Notes under the pieces: model-generated
Database searches by the model: none
Told to the model about the DNA's origin: nothing
The model's input: the letters and a program-made list of their open reading frames with translations, nothing else
Translations under genes and position numbers: made by a program
Source of the DNA: Carcharhinus longimanus
Lineage: Eukaryota
Assembly (NCBI GenBank): GCA_030264375.1
Contig: JASCQW010000032.1
Location: forward strand, 58,500,236-58,564,235
DNA length: 64,000 nt
Reading direction: 5' to 3'
Shown: positions 22,260-35,886 of the stretch, in pieces
Numbering within the stretch: the first letter of the stretch is position 1
Layout of the letters: every line of letters begins with the position of its first letter

Positions 22260-22563
22260 CAGGGGCAACACAGTGGCAGAGTAGTTAGCACTGCTGCCTC
22301 TCAGCACCGGGGACCCAGATTCAATTCCGGCCTCAGGTGACTTGTGGAGTTCATACATTCTCCCTGTGTCTATGTGGGGTTCCTCCAGGTGCTTTTCCTT
22401 CCACAGTCCAAAGATGTGTGGGTTAGGTTGATTAGCCATGCTCAATTGCCTCTTACTATCAGAGAGATTAGCAGGATAAATGTGTAGGATAGAGCCTGGT
22501 TAGAATTGTTGCCAGTTCAGCCTTGATGGGCAGAATGAACTCTTCATGCATTGTAGAGATTCC
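22260..22563 (+). mobile_element. V-SINE (HE1-like)
   Basis: ggggcaacacagtggcagagtagttagcactgctgcctc...ccacagtccaaagatgtgtgggttagg. Confidence 0.88.
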
Positions 22564-22772
22564 GTAAATAGGGTGGTTGATAGTCAATAGAGTAACAATA
22601 CACAGACTTCAGTAGCCAGGGGAATGCAAGAAGGTTCTGCATTGAGGCTGCTGTTATTTCTAACTTTTACAATAAAACCAAAAAAAGGAATTATGTCTCA
22701 AGCGTCCATATTTACCTAAAATACCAGTTTGGGAGCATGGAAAATGATGAAATCAAAGCATGCATACATAAA

Positions 22773-23092
22773 ATCATAGAATCCCTACAGTGCAGAAGGA
22801 AGCCATTCAGCCCATCAAATCTGCACCAACAAAAATCTCACCCAGCCCCTATCCCCACAACCCCACACATTTAACCCTTTATCCCTTTAACCTACACATC
22901 CCGGGACATTAAGGGACAATTTAGCATGACCAATCAACCTATCTCGCACATCTTTGGACTAAGAGAGGAAACTGGAGCATCCAGAGGAAACCCAGGGAGA
23001 ATGTGCACACTCCACACAGACAGTGTGCCAAGCTGGGAATCGAACCCAGGTCCCTTGAGCTGTGAGAATAGCAAGGCGAACCATTGTGCATT
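22773..23092 (-). mobile_element. V-SINE (HE1-like)
   Basis: atcatagaatccctacagtgcagaagga...gggaatcgaacccaggtccc. Confidence 0.88.
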
Positions 23093-24699
23093 CAGAAATA
23101 GCTTGCTAAGTTTGATCAGTTAGTGAGGAATTGGCTGGCAGATGTACGGTTCTGAGGTACCGGTGAAATGGGGCTGGATTATTTGCTATATAGGAATATA
23201 TTTCAGGCATTTGAGAAAGAGGGAGATTGTAGGATTTTAATGGATATGTCATTTGAACCATCAAAGCAGTATTCCTAGATTGTTTTGGGTGATACATACA
23301 AAATTCAGAGACTTCATTTAAAATTGCATTGAGCTCTGATTGATCCCATACTAAGGGGCAATGTATAAGGAAATCTTTTCACTTGAAAAGAGAATGCTGA
23401 GGGCGATAAAGTTCCTGAAATGTCTGAACAAATTGGATCCACAAACGTTTTTCTGCTAAATATAGAACCTCAGCACAAGGCATTATATTGAAAAAATGTC
23501 AACACAAGGAAACAGGAATTGCAGGAGGAAAGTTGTTTTAACCAAAATCAGGGAAAAATGTAGAATAGACTATTGGTTTCAAAAAAAAGTTAAGATAGGT
23601 TATTCTCAGAAAATTGAATTCTAGATTATTAGAAATCGACTAAAGCAATACTGTGGACAGATAAATAACAAACTGAAGTTGGCCTCTTGCCTGAAATTAC
23701 TGATAAGTTACTAGTCACTAGTGGAATCATTTAAACAACTTGGTGATATCACAATTTTCATGCTCTAATTTATACTTTGTTCCTTGCTCAGTATTTTACC
23801 AGCAGATTGCTTTTAATAAATAATTACGGCTAAGGTCTAACATTTGTTCTGTCACTTGGAATAAGTGGTCGTAGTGTGGAGAAAACTAACCCAAAGAATC
23901 TGTAGAGTAAAAGAAAAATCACATAGGAAAATTAAAATTAAGCAGACAAATGCTGTATGACCTGGTAGAGGAGTAGATTTGAATATCATAATTCATAGAT
24001 CACTCGGTATACTGTAGGAATTAAACAGTAGTGCTTTGTCATTGCTGGCTTTGTCAATGTTGCTGGTGCTACTAACAAGAACTAAGTATCCAGCAATGCA
24101 GCTACTTTGAACTTTCTAAGTTAATGTCCAACTAATACGCAATTACAGACAAGTCACTACAGATAGCCACAATTCTTTTATTGCATGACACTGGGGTAAA
24201 CTAAGCCGAGGCAAGATGACTTAGTAAGGGGATCCCGGGTTAAGAGACTATCCTGAAAATCCCTGGTTTTAGGCTTCACTTTCTATTTACTGTCCTTCCC
24301 TTGTACTCGGGTAACCGAGACGCCATCGCCTACAGCATTGGTGCATGACTCAAAAGATAACTCCAAACAAGTGAACTTTAGAAGAATGTACAAAAAAAAA
24401 ACAAATAGCTACCCTATTCGAATGAACACTGTCTTTTGAGATTTTACAATGATCAGATAAAGTCCGAGTCCTTGAGGTTTGTAAATAGTTTACTGTGTAT
24501 CATAAAATATTAATGTCAAGGATATTAATGAAAGATGGAAATATTTCAGGGAAAATGCCAAAACAACATCTCATTATGTTCAGAATACTAAAATCCATAT
24601 TTTCCTTTAGATTATTAGTTGTAATAATCATATATTTAAACTAATACACTTAACAGCATTTACAAATACTATCTTTTTTTAAGAACTAATTTTTTTTTG

Positions 24700-25160
24700 C
24701 GGCAGTGGGGCATGGGGAAAGCTGGCAAGACCACATATATTACCCAGCTTTAATTTCCATGGGAAGGCCTTCTCCTTAAACCATTGCTGTCTTCATGGTG
24801 AAGGTGTTCTCACAATGGTGCTCCCTAGGGAGTGTTAGCAAATTAACTTAACAACAATTAGGAAAAAATGAAATGTCCAAATTAGGATGGTGCAGGACTT
24901 TGAAAGCAAGTTGGAATGATACCGTCCCCACAACATTTCTCTCTTGATGATGGGAAGGGCGGGTGGTACAAGAAAAGTAACTTTGACAAGTCATTATGGT
25001 GCATCCTGGAGATTGTAAATACTGCAGCAACAGTACACCAATCCAAAATGGATGGATAGAGTCAGTTAGAGGTGCAGGTCAAACAAACACTTGTTTCTTG
25101 GATGACGTTGAGCTTCTGATGTGTTGCAGCTGCACCCATTTTGCAAGTTTTCATCACTCT
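24700..25160 (-). mobile_element. Decayed CR1/L2-group LINE 3' fragment
   Basis: Colinear with 1700-2390 and with the reverse of 51400-51920. Confidence 0.45.
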
Positions 25161-25629
25161 CCTTTGGACATACATAGAAAATAATTACATTCATGGTGCA
25201 GCTCTGCCAGAACACAGCATTAAAAATAAGTCATTTCTCTCAGTTTATATCTCTATGGTTGTGTGTTGATTATAATGTGGCTCAAAATCCTACCACAAAA
25301 ATGCAAATTGTCTGACTGAAACATGTCCTCCTATATTGAAGGCTAGAATAGACAGGACTTTTGGTGTCTCAGAGATTTGGGGTATAGGCAGGAAAGTGGG
25401 GTTGAAGCTCAAGACAAGGCATGATTGTATTGAATGGCAAAGCAAGCTCACAGGCTGTCTGGGCTACTCTGTGCTCATAATTAATTTTTGCCGAGCAGTT
25501 AGGAGCAGCTCTCCTTATTCAGAAAAGTGGGCAATAAATCCGCTTACCATTCTGTTCCCGTTTGCTATTCAGTCACTTGTGATGGAACATATAGTAGAAG
25601 GACATTAAAGATTAACCTGGGACTGAGTA

Positions 25630-25875
25630 CAGTCAATACCATTATTCCTACGAAACTTGTCTCCAAACTCCGTGGCCTGGGGGTTGGCTCCTTGCTCTAC
25701 GACTAGATCCTAGACTTACTAACCCACAGACTACAATCAGTAAGGATAAGCAATCTCCTCCATGGTCATCCTCAACAGCAGTGCCCCACAAGGTTGTGTC
25801 CTCAGCCCCTTACTATACTCATTACACACCTATGACTGTGTGGCCAAATTCCCCTCCAATTCAATTTTCAGGTTT
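25630..25875 (+). mobile_element. Rex1/Babar LINE RT fragment ending at a gap
   Basis: SAPQGCVLSPLLYSLHTYDCVAKFPSNSIFRF, homologous to 9290-9535. Confidence 0.85.
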
Positions 25876-26829
25876 NNNNNNNNNNNNNNNNNNNNNNNNN
25901 NNNNNNNNNNNNNNNNNNNNNNNNNNNNNNNNNNNNNNNNNNNNNNNNNNNNNNNNNNNNNNNNNNNNNNNNNNNATTGTGTTCGGTGCAGACTCGATGG
26001 GCCTCCTTCTGCACTGTAGGGTTCTATGATCTATAATTCTATCCACAGATGTTACTTAAGGAATGAAGTCAAATTATTTTTAAGCACCAGAATATTGCCC
26101 ATCATTACTGCCCTTAAGATCAGCCAAAAATCCCGGGAGTGCTTGGAAATTTTGGGACATTTGTTGCTGACTAACAGGACTGCCCAATCATCAGTGTGGA
26201 AATGACAAATAAGCAATCAGTCAGAGTAGTGATGTAAACAAAAAGGACATTATAGTCAGTGCAACTCATTGGCCTTAATAACAACTCTCCAGTTGAATTC
26301 ACTCTTGTCCCAGCTAGTATTTTTTACTGCACTGGATCCCAGCCACTGGGAAGAAAGCCAATTCTCATTCAGTAAAGAGCTAGTTCAAGGTAAATTGGTC
26401 ACTCACATCAATCAGTGGAGAGATGTTGGTGATTTCCAGCCTGAATTTCATATTTAAAAGATACAATTTCTTTCTACTCAAATAGAAATAATTTTTGACA
26501 ATGATTTATTGGAGATAAAAATTACAGTATTTATGTGTCCTAGAATATTGGCAAGGTCTCCTTTCAAATGATGATGTAACAATCATACTGGCTTTCAGGA
26601 AAGGGCACCATTCTATGATTATCTGTACTTTCCATTATCTGTACTTTATACAGTTCTAATGACACTGTTCCATTGCACCCTGTCACTGAAATACATTCTA
26701 TTGCAAAATGCCTTGGCCAAACCTCCCAAGCCAGTGTTTGAAGCAGCATATGTTCCTATTCAGCAGTTTTATTTGGCTGTCGGGGGCCTGGATGAAGTCA
26801 GCAGTTCTGAAGTTCCAGGAGAGAAATGG

Positions 26830-27548
26830 GGTAGAGATGTGAAGTGATACATTTCAATAGCAAGACAAGGAGAAGCAATGTAACAGAGAGGGCACAATTC
26901 TAAAGGGGGTTGCAGGAACAGAGGGTCCTGGGGGTATATGATACTCAAATCATTGAAGCGATAAGGCAGGTTGAGGAATTGGTTAATAATGTATTTGGGA
27001 TCCTGGGCTTTGTAAGTAAAGCACTGACTACAAAAGCAAACAATTTGTGGAAAACCCTAATAAAACATTGGTTTGGCTTCAACTGGAGTATTGCAACCAA
27101 TTCTGAGTGTCACACTGAAGGTTGTGAAGGCATTGGAGAGGATACAGAAAAATATCACAATAATGGCGGCAGGGATGAGAGACTTTGATTTCATGGAGAG
27201 ATTGGAGAAGCTAGGACTGTTTTCCTTCAGGAAGAGAAGGTTGAGAGGAAGTTAGATAGTTCAAAATCATGAGAATCTAGACCGAGTAAATAGGGAGAAA
27301 CTATTACCATTGGCAGAAGAAAGAAATTGCAGGTCAATGCAAGATGGCATGGAGGGTTGGAGCTCTCTCACGTGCTTTTGCAACGAACTGGTTTGGACAT
27401 GAAGGGTTAAATAAACTTATCAAACGTATCAAATGTTTAATTGGAAGAAGAGGAATGTGCAGGGTTACTGGGAGAAGCAGGAGGGAAATTTGGTTCAGAC
27501 ATGATGGGCTGAATGGCCTCTTCCTGTACTGTAACAATTCTGTGATTC
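26830..27548 (+). mobile_element. CR1 LINE 3' part
   Basis: RVLGVY, KALERIQK and ERLEKLGLFSFRKRRLRG; tail gatgggctgaatggcctcttcctgtactgtaacaattc. Confidence 0.8.
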
Positions 27549-27824
27549 TGAATGGGGCGAGACGTTGGTTTAGTCTTAACAGCTCTGCATTAGGGTTAGG
27601 GTTCAAGTCCTACTCTGGACAATCCCAGGAGTAGTGTCAAAACTCCAGCATCAGATTCTGAGTTAACTTCTGGGTGGGTGTATGATGAGGCCCTCCTCCT
27701 GCCTCATCATATAGGATGTAGAAATCCATAAAATGCCCTGCCAGACAGGACTAACTAACCTGCAGGTTGGTTAGAAAGAAGGCAACATTGATAGAAGCTT
27801 TTACACCCTGGCCTGTTAATCTAT

Positions 27825-28230
27825 GATTTGATTTGATTTATTATGGTCTCAAGTATTAACATACAGTGAAAAGTATCATTTCTTGCGTGCTATGCCGATA
27901 AAACATATTGTTCACAGAGAAGGAAACAAGAGAGTGCAGAATGTAGTGTTACAGTCATAGCTAGGGTGGAGAGAAAGATCAACTTAATGCAAGGTAGGTC
28001 CATTCAAAAGTTTGATGACAGCAGGGAAGAAGCCGTTCTTGAGTCGGTCGGTATATGAGTTCAGGTTTTGGTGTCTTTTCCCTGAAGGAAGAAGGTGGGA
28101 GAGAGAATGTCCGGGGTGCGTGGGGTCCTTAATTACGCTGACTACTTTGCTGAGGCAGTGGGAAGTGTAGACAGAGTCAGTGGATGGGGCTGGTTTGTGT
28201 GATGGATTGGGCCACATTCACGACTTTTTG
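27825..28230 (-). mobile_element. Rex1/Babar LINE 3' end
   Basis: (GATTT)n tail; IKDPTHPGHSLSHLLPSGKR..RLKNGFFPAVIKLLN. Confidence 0.88.
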
Positions 28231-28634
28231 TCGTCTGCAAATTTTTCCACAAGTCCTTTAAAGAAAGAGTGTGAAGATAAATAAACAACAAACTGGGTAT
28301 GTGGCCCAATACACATGTGAGGAAATGATGTTGGATGGTCGGTTCCACATTTACTGCTCAGGCCTGCTAAGTCCTTTACACAAGCATACAGCTCTAAAAT
28401 TGCTTATTTCAGCATGACACTTCTTCAGGCATATAATTAAAGGTTTTGTCCATAAAATTATTATAAAGTGACCTTGCCTCATGGTATGTGGTCACTGTCT
28501 GACACATGGCACAAGTTACATTGCACACGTTTGTATCTATCGATACATTTGAAAGTGTTCCCATCCAGCAATGTGGATTTTCTCTAGATCATTCCATTCA
28601 TCACCAGTCTTGCACTTTAAGATCAGAGAACCAT

Positions 28635-28845
28635 GGAATTGTTGAATCCACATAGTGCAGATGGAGGCCAGTCGACCCATTGAGCCTTCACCGACTCTCC
28701 AAAAGAGCATTCCACCCAGGCCCTATCCCTGTAAGTCCACATATTTACCCTGCCAATCCTCCAAACCTAACCTAATGTACACACCTTTGGACACTAAGGG
28801 GCAATTTAGCATGGCCAATCCACTTAATCTGCACATCTTTGGACT
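28635..28845 (-). mobile_element. V-SINE 3' half
   Basis: ggacactaaggggcaatttagcatggccaatccacttaatctgcacatctttggact. Confidence 0.8.
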
Positions 28846-29614
28846 AGGTTACATTGAATTACCCTGCTATTCATGAGATTTGAATTCCATGTGATCCGCA
28901 TTCAGCATACGGTCCTGTTTGCAAAGCTTTTCTGTAATTAGCCATCATCACAGGAGAGAGATGTAATCATTTTGAATTTATTACCGTTCAAAAAGAGGAA
29001 GAAGAAGAAGGCTTTTCTTTGTTATGTTGCACCTGCAAATGAAAGCACAGGAATTGGCAACAGTCAAATGTGCACTTCCTGAGAACCTAATTTCATTAAC
29101 TTGTATGAAAAGAATCAGCCTAATCATGGTATATTTATAACAATAATCCTTTAACACATTTCAGGCTGATAATAAATCACTGGAAGCTTATAAATGTCGG
29201 AAAGTCCAGCTTAAAATGTAAACTGTAGAAGAAAATTGCTCAGCAAAAATTGAGAAAAAAAAACATTTAGCAAGAGATGTATTCAAGAGTCTGTCTGTTG
29301 CCTCACATAAAGGGTACAGATGTGGCTAGATAATAAGCAATGTCCAGTTCTTTTGACTCCACGAATTCATTCACTGAAAAGTGTCACTCATTTTTAGTGC
29401 TATGATTTGTGCGCCAAAGATAGAATGTAAAAGCTTATCTTTATAGGAAAGATACATCACATTTGGCACTAATAAAATGTTTTTATAGGCTTGTTGGAAT
29501 TTGCTGAAGCTTGTTTTATTGGAAATAATATGTTTACATTTCCCTCCTATGAACTCTTTTGTGATCAAACTTGGTAAAAGTGTTTGCTTGGTAAAAGTGT
29601 TCACTTTCAGAGGA

Positions 29615-29960
29615 AGGCAATGGCTTAGTGGTATTATTGCTAGACCATGAATCCAGAAACTCAACTAACTTTCTCGAGACCCGGGTTCAAATTCCCACCA
29701 CTGCAAATGGTGGAATTTGAAGTCAATATAAAATATCCGGAATCAAGAATCTACTGATGACTGTGAAACCATTGTTGATCATTGGAAAAAGTCCATCTGG
29801 TTCACTAACCTCCTTTAGGGAAGGAAATCCTTATCGGGTCTGGCCTACATGTGACTCTGGAGCCACAGCAATGTGCTTGACTCTCAACTGCTCTCAGGTA
29901 ACTAGGGATGGACAATAAATATTGGCCAGCCAGCGATGCCCATGTCCCACGAATAAAGAA
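29615..29960 (+). mobile_element. tRNA-derived SINE sharing its 3' tail with the CR1/L2-group LINE fragments
   Basis: A-box tggcttagtgg, B-box gggttcaaattcc, tail actagggatggacaataaatattggccagccagcgatgcccatgtccc. Confidence 0.8.
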
Positions 29961-30069
29961 ACATGATGCGCAGGTTTTGTTATGATGCTCTATTAAATGT
30001 TATTTCAGGAAAGAACTAAATTAACATTCTTCATTGTGAAATCATGATAGTTTTCTTGGTCAATACATC

Positions 30070-30590
30070 CCTAGCCCAAGCAGCAAGCTTGTCCCTCTGA
30101 AAAATTACAAAGAGAAGCAAAATTAGTTTAATGTCACTCTGGACAAACTGAAGAACCAAAGCAACTAAGACTACCCTTCCTCCAAATGTGACAGACGAAG
30201 ATCTGGAAGGATTATCAAGCCTTAAGAACGTCTGAATCTATGAAGTCAGAGAGGCAAGGGGGTAGAAAATGAAATAGAAACTGTATTGAAGATAGTCATA
30301 CTTCGGTGGAAGAAGGGACAGGGTAGTATTTTTTAAAGCAAGCTGTGATATACCTTGAGGGAAAGCAGCGTGCCATTTTGATATAAGCGTGTCCTGCAGA
30401 GCAAGGCTTAATGTGGGACTGGAGAACAGTACCATCCATAACATAATGTAAAGAGTCACATCATCATAGATTGTGTGCCAGAGTCTGAGAGGGAGGTAGC
30501 ATGGACACAGCACCTACACAAGGCAGTACAGTGGACATGTACGTTGTTATGGTTTACCAGTAAACCTCTTCATGAAACATCAAACTAACA
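30070..30590 (+). mobile_element. Possible Gypsy-type LTR retrotransposon 3' remnant (end of pol plus LTR)
   Basis: About 30190-30243 translates RRRSGRIIKP*ERLNL*, like the RSGR..KPP.RL motif ending Gypsy integrase ORFs. Followed by a TG..CA segment (about 30344-30590) containing agtaaa. Confidence 0.4.
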
Positions 30591-31494
30591 TTTACAAATG
30601 GTATATTAGAAATAGATTCCCATGAGGGGGAAATCTAGGGCAAACAAAGTCGGCGCTCCCTTGATGACAAACAAGATGGAAGGCTGGATTCTACCCCACC
30701 GCTGATGGGTCTATGTCTCAGGTAGGAGAGCATATTGCTTCTTCAACAGAAAGGGTGGTGATAACCTTTGGGAGGTAAGCCAGGAGACCACATGATGGAT
30801 GCTTGGTGTAAATGCAACCCCACGTGTGTGTAGTCTCTTAAGGCACTGTCACAGGGGCATCAGGGACCTGTATTTGCCTCTGCCTTGCTACCTGACCTGC
30901 AGTCATTGTGATCCCTTCTGTTGCTGCTACTAGACTGCCTGAGCTAGTTCCTGTGTAGCACTGGAGTGTAGGGATAATTCACAAAATTCCTACTGTGAAA
31001 TATTCTCTTGCTTTCCTTCCAGAAAGGCTCTGAAATGGCCTTCCCTTGGCGACTCAAATATGTAATGCCACTTTAATGAGTGACCCTCTGACCCTAGGCT
31101 TTGCACTGCCTGTTTAATTTTAGAACCAACAATTTTGGCTTAGTCACTTCCTATCTCAAATTCTGCCCCTCAGAGCATCAGATTATCAAGTTTGAACACA
31201 GAAAATCTCTCTGAAGAGAGAGTGCAGATCCATTCTCCTACAAATGGAAAGTGCTCTCAAAGTGAGTGAGGTAAGCCATATTTAAGTTGCCAGCATTCAA
31301 TAGGTGGGTTGTTGGGGGCATGGGAGATTTGTGTCAGTTTCATTTAATCAGGACAGCTGTATTTAATCCTGATGAACTTCACTCAAATTGCATGCCAGTA
31401 CTCAATTTTGAATATGTACAAGGCTCCTACACTAATGGACAAATTTCCTGCTTGCTTACCCTTCCATAGCTGATATAATTTGGAGCCATTTTCA

Positions 31495-32162
31495 TGAAGT
31501 AGAAAGGGTCGAGAACTTCGAGATTTTAGGTGTCCAGATCACTAATAACCTGTCCTGGTCCCCCCAAACTGACACTATAGTTAAGAAAGCCTACCAATGC
31601 CTCTACTTCCTCTGGAGGCTAAGAAAATGCAACATGTCCACTAAGAGTCTCAGCATTTTCTACATATGCACCATAAAAAGCATTCTTTCTGGTTAGATCA
31701 CAGCTTGGTATGGCTCCTGCTCTGTCCAAGACCGCAAGAAACTAACAACAGTCATGAACAAAGCCCAGTCCATCATACAAACAGCCTCCCATGCATTGAC
31801 CCCATCTACACTCCCCGCTGCCTTGAAAAAGCAGCCAGCATAATTAAGGACCACACACACCCTGGACATTTTCTCTTCCACCTTCTTCCTTCAGTAAAAA
31901 TGTCTAGAAGTCTGAGATCACGTAACAACCAACTCAAGAACAGCTTCCTCCCTGCTGTCATCAGACTTTTGAATGAACCTGCCTTGCATTAAGTTGACCT
32001 TTTTCTACACACTGTCTCTACACCATAACGCAGTGACTGTAACACTACATTATGCATGCTCGCCCTTCCTTCTCTATGTACAGTATGCTTTGTTTGTATA
32101 GCGTGAATGAAACAATACTTTTTGCTGTATGCTGATACGTGACAATAATAAATCAAATCAAA
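31495..32162 (+). mobile_element. Rex1/Babar LINE 3' part
   Basis: Homologous to 9725-10434; ends gtgacaataataaatcaaatcaaa. Confidence 0.88.
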
Positions 32163-33359
32163 ATAGTGCTGCCACCAGAGATGTAAAAAGGTGCCTGACT
32201 TAGAGTGTAGGTCAGCAATGTAGAGCTAGGTAGCTCCATGCAAGGATATGCCAGGGAGTCCTCTCCATACATGTACCCGCTAATGTAAGTATGTACATCA
32301 TAATAAAGACTACATGGTAACTTCTAAAAGATGATTCAATGGTGCCTAAGCAGGACACAACACAGATAGGGACAACCCAACAAAATATAAATTGTGTGTT
32401 TGTGCATGGAAGGTGAGGGGAAGAGAAAAAGGCCGAAGACTAAAATCCCAACGCTCACCATCTTAGTTCAATTATGAAACTTAATTGGCATGAAGCACGA
32501 GAGGGCTATCAGTAACCTGTCAAATTTATTGCAAGATTCAAGAAAGAACCAGATATTCATCCTGGCAACATTTCGAACCTCATAATCAAAAACAAATAAT
32601 CAATCATTTATTTGTAGCTGGGGAGACTTCGCTATGTGCAAATTAGTTCCTGGGTTTGAATCTTTACAACTATGATTACCTCAAAGTTGGTTGTGTAGAG
32701 CTGCGGGATAGTCAAAGGAGGTGGAAGACTTTACATGAATGCAGGCTTTCTTAGGGTTTGAAATAAAGCCTAAACTGGAGTTTTACTTTCCACATGAGCT
32801 AGCAGTGGTCAATATGAATGTTACAGAACAAATATGGAGAAGGCATTCTCTTCCCCAATACGGATTTGTAAGCAAATTTCTTGTCTTAAAAGTGCTGTAT
32901 TTATAACTTGAAAAATACGAAGGTTGTGATTACTAAGCACAACATGAAGAGAATATTGGATGCAAGCACAGTTATTTAACTCAAACCTTGTCTATAATTA
33001 GCTTAGGGCCAATCTTGAAGGTCAGAAAATAGCTTTAAACTTTGTGTGACCAGACATACCATGAATTCGATCCAAAAATCCTCAGCCATTGAAAATGATT
33101 CAAGTACAATTTGCAGAAAAGAATCCCAATTTTAGGTGTTGCTAGCAGTCAACTCAGTTCTTTTATTCTCCTAGTATAACTCTCCAAACAGTCTGGCAAA
33201 ATATTTCAAATTGGAAAATGTAACTGGAGCATCCCAATAATCAGATTCATTGAATCTAGTGGCTGGATTATGAGCAGTTAGCTAATGCGGTACATGAAAA
33301 AATTACATTTTAGTAATTAATAATATATAGTCCCCCAAGGGAACGTATCAGCGTCAAAT

Positions 33360-33482
33360 AAAAACACAATATCCTGGAAATACTCAGCAAAACAGGCAGT
33401 ATCTGTGGAGGGAGTTAATTGTTCAGACTCTTGGCCTTTCAACTGAAGTGGAAGAAGTTCAGAATGTAATAGGTTTAATAAG
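33360..33482. mobile_element. Decayed Penelope-associated short element
   Basis: ctggaaatactcagcaaaacaggcagtatctgtggag...gatgtaataggttt-like end, colinear with 54607-54725. Confidence 0.5.
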
Positions 33483-33484
33483 AA

Positions 33485-33835
33485 GTGCTCCTCCCACAGA
33501 ATTTCCAGCCTCTGACCTGCTCTTGTAGTCACAGTATTGATGAGGGTGGCTCAGTTAAATTTCTGGTCAATGGTAACTCCCAGGATGTTGTACTGTCATT
33601 CAGTGTCAAGCGGAAATGGTTTGATTGTCTCTTGGCAGAGATGGTCATTTCAGTAACGCAAATGTTACTTGCCACTTGTCAGCCCAAGCCCGAATGTCTT
33701 GCTGCAGGCAGGCAGGGACTGTTTCATTATATTAGAATGGGACTGAGTACGATGAAATGTTCAACCCCACATCTAACCTTCACTGAAGATAGTTAGATCT
33801 AAGATACCATTCCGAGCAGCTCCTGCAGAATTTCC
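33485..33835 (-). mobile_element. Decayed CR1/L2-group LINE fragment
   Basis: ccagcctctgacctgctcttgtagtcacagtatt...cagttaaatttctggtcaatggtaactcccagg is the reverse of about 51270-51360. Confidence 0.6.
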
Positions 33836-34394
33836 TGATCGGTTCTCAATTCATCACATTTAGCGTGGCTGTAGGGTCACCGAACAAGATGAAGGGTGTC
33901 CAGTGAAGGTGACACTGTGGGTAAGATTTTCTCCGATATTGGCAAAGGCCAACATCAGGCCGGAAAGATGCCACTGAGGCCCCTGATGGAAATGGTGGCT
34001 TTTTCTGCCGTATAGTGCGGAAGGCAGGGGTTCCACACTGTTATTGCTGGCAGGTGACCCACCTTTTGCGACCAGTCATGCTTCAAGTCATTCTGAAATC
34101 AAGCCACCATAGACGCATTATTTAACATCAGCATTATGATTCTGGCATAAGGGCCTGATAACGTGATACTAATTTATTACAATGAGGTTCCTGACATTGA
34201 ACAATGGGAATTGCAGCCTGCCACTGACAGGTGAGGGGACAATTGCCTCCTGCTTTTACATTTGTGTTAAAACCATCTTTGGCCTTGTCGTGATATTTCG
34301 CGCTCTCGTTGCCAAACTCAATAGAAAGTGGGAAATCCTAGCTTTTGTCTCCACCAGGACGAGGTCATTCACACCAATATTGTCATGCATGTAT

Positions 34395-34765
34395 CTGGGG
34401 AGATGGTGATGTAGTGGCATAATCACTGGACTGGTAATCCAGGTGCCTAGGCTAATTCTCAGAAGGTCCAAAACCTGCCATTGTAGCTGGTAATGTACAT
34501 TCAATTAATAAATACTGGAATATAAGGCTAGTCTTAGTAATGATGACCATGAAGCTATTATTGCAGAAACCCAACACCAACATCCTTTAAGGGAAGGAAA
34601 TCTGCCATTCTTAGCTGGTCTGGCCTATACTTAACTCTTGAAACACAGCAATATGGATAACTCTTTGAAATAGCCTAGCAAGCCACTCACTTCAAGTGCA
34701 ATTAGGCGTGGGCCAACAACTGCTGGCTGTGTTAGTGACCCCCACATCCCACAAAATACATTTTT
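34395..34765 (+). mobile_element. tRNA-derived SINE, family of 29615-29960
   Basis: gtagtggcataatcactggactggtaatccag...agggaaggaaatctgcc...caattaggcgtgggccaac. Confidence 0.7.
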
Positions 34766-35334
34766 AAAATCTGAAACATATATATGTATCCCTCATGTCG
34801 GTCCTCACAACATCTGCTACAGGTCCAGTTTTCAGCATTCCACCATACGAATCACTTTTCAGTTTCCCACACCTGTTATTCCTATCTGTAGTTCGGATTA
34901 TGCTCCTGTCTCCATACACATATTTATCTTAGCTAGGAATGATTGCCCTGGCTTGTATACAAAAAGAAGCAGGCATTTACCTAGTACAGACATCTTCTAA
35001 CTCATTTTTTCCCCTTCTCCAAAATCAGCAGATTGAATGGGAAAGGACTGTTGAGTCTCTAGCCATTTAAAGTCTTTCACAAGAGTCTCAAGATAGTAAA
35101 ACAGGTACAGATTTAAGGAGGTCAGAATTGCTTCACATGAAGACAACAATACCAGAAGGAAAATGGCTGGGTTAATTTATCACAACTTGTAACAATTATT
35201 AAGCAGTCTCCTCTTTAATAATACATAAATATACCTCAATGAACCTATGAGACATTATCCAAATTATATTAACAATGGAAGGATGAAGTGACTGTATAAT
35301 GACTTCCACAAGTGATTTTATATCTTTTGGCATT

Positions 35335-35592
35335 CTCCTCACAGCACCAGGGACCTAGGTTCGATTCCCGGCTTGCATCACTGAACGTGCGGAGTTTGCA
35401 TCTTCGCCCCATGTCTGTGGGTGTTCCAGTTTCTTCCCACAGTCCAAAAGATGTGCTGGTTAGGTTGACTGACCATGCTAAATTCTCTCTTAGTGTACAC
35501 AAACAGGTGCCGGAGTGTGGCAACTAGGGGATTTTCACAGTAACATCATTGCAGTGTTAATGTAAACCTACTTGCAAAACGAATAAATAAAT
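35335..35592 (+). mobile_element. V-SINE with alternative tail
   Basis: cctcacagcaccagggacctaggttcgattcccggc...aacaggtgccggagtgtggcaactaggggattttcacagtaac. Confidence 0.88.
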
Positions 35593-35886
35593 TTTAAATT
35601 TTAAGTTGACAGCATACCAGGTATGAAGACCTTCAGTGTCAAATGCATGTCCTAACTCTTTTATAACATGCTGGGCACACAACAGGCTCTTTATGCCCTG
35701 ATAATGCGGATCACCTATATCCAATGTGCATCCATGTATTAGCTGTTGTCTGAGCCTAATCAACATTAAAAAGCAGGTGAGTAGTGCTCCTCAATGCACT
35801 TGAAGCTTCCAGTCAGCTGTTAACATGCTGTGCAAGAATCTTCTTGCTGCTCCCTGGAGGTGGAGGTTATTGATCTCGTATAAGGT

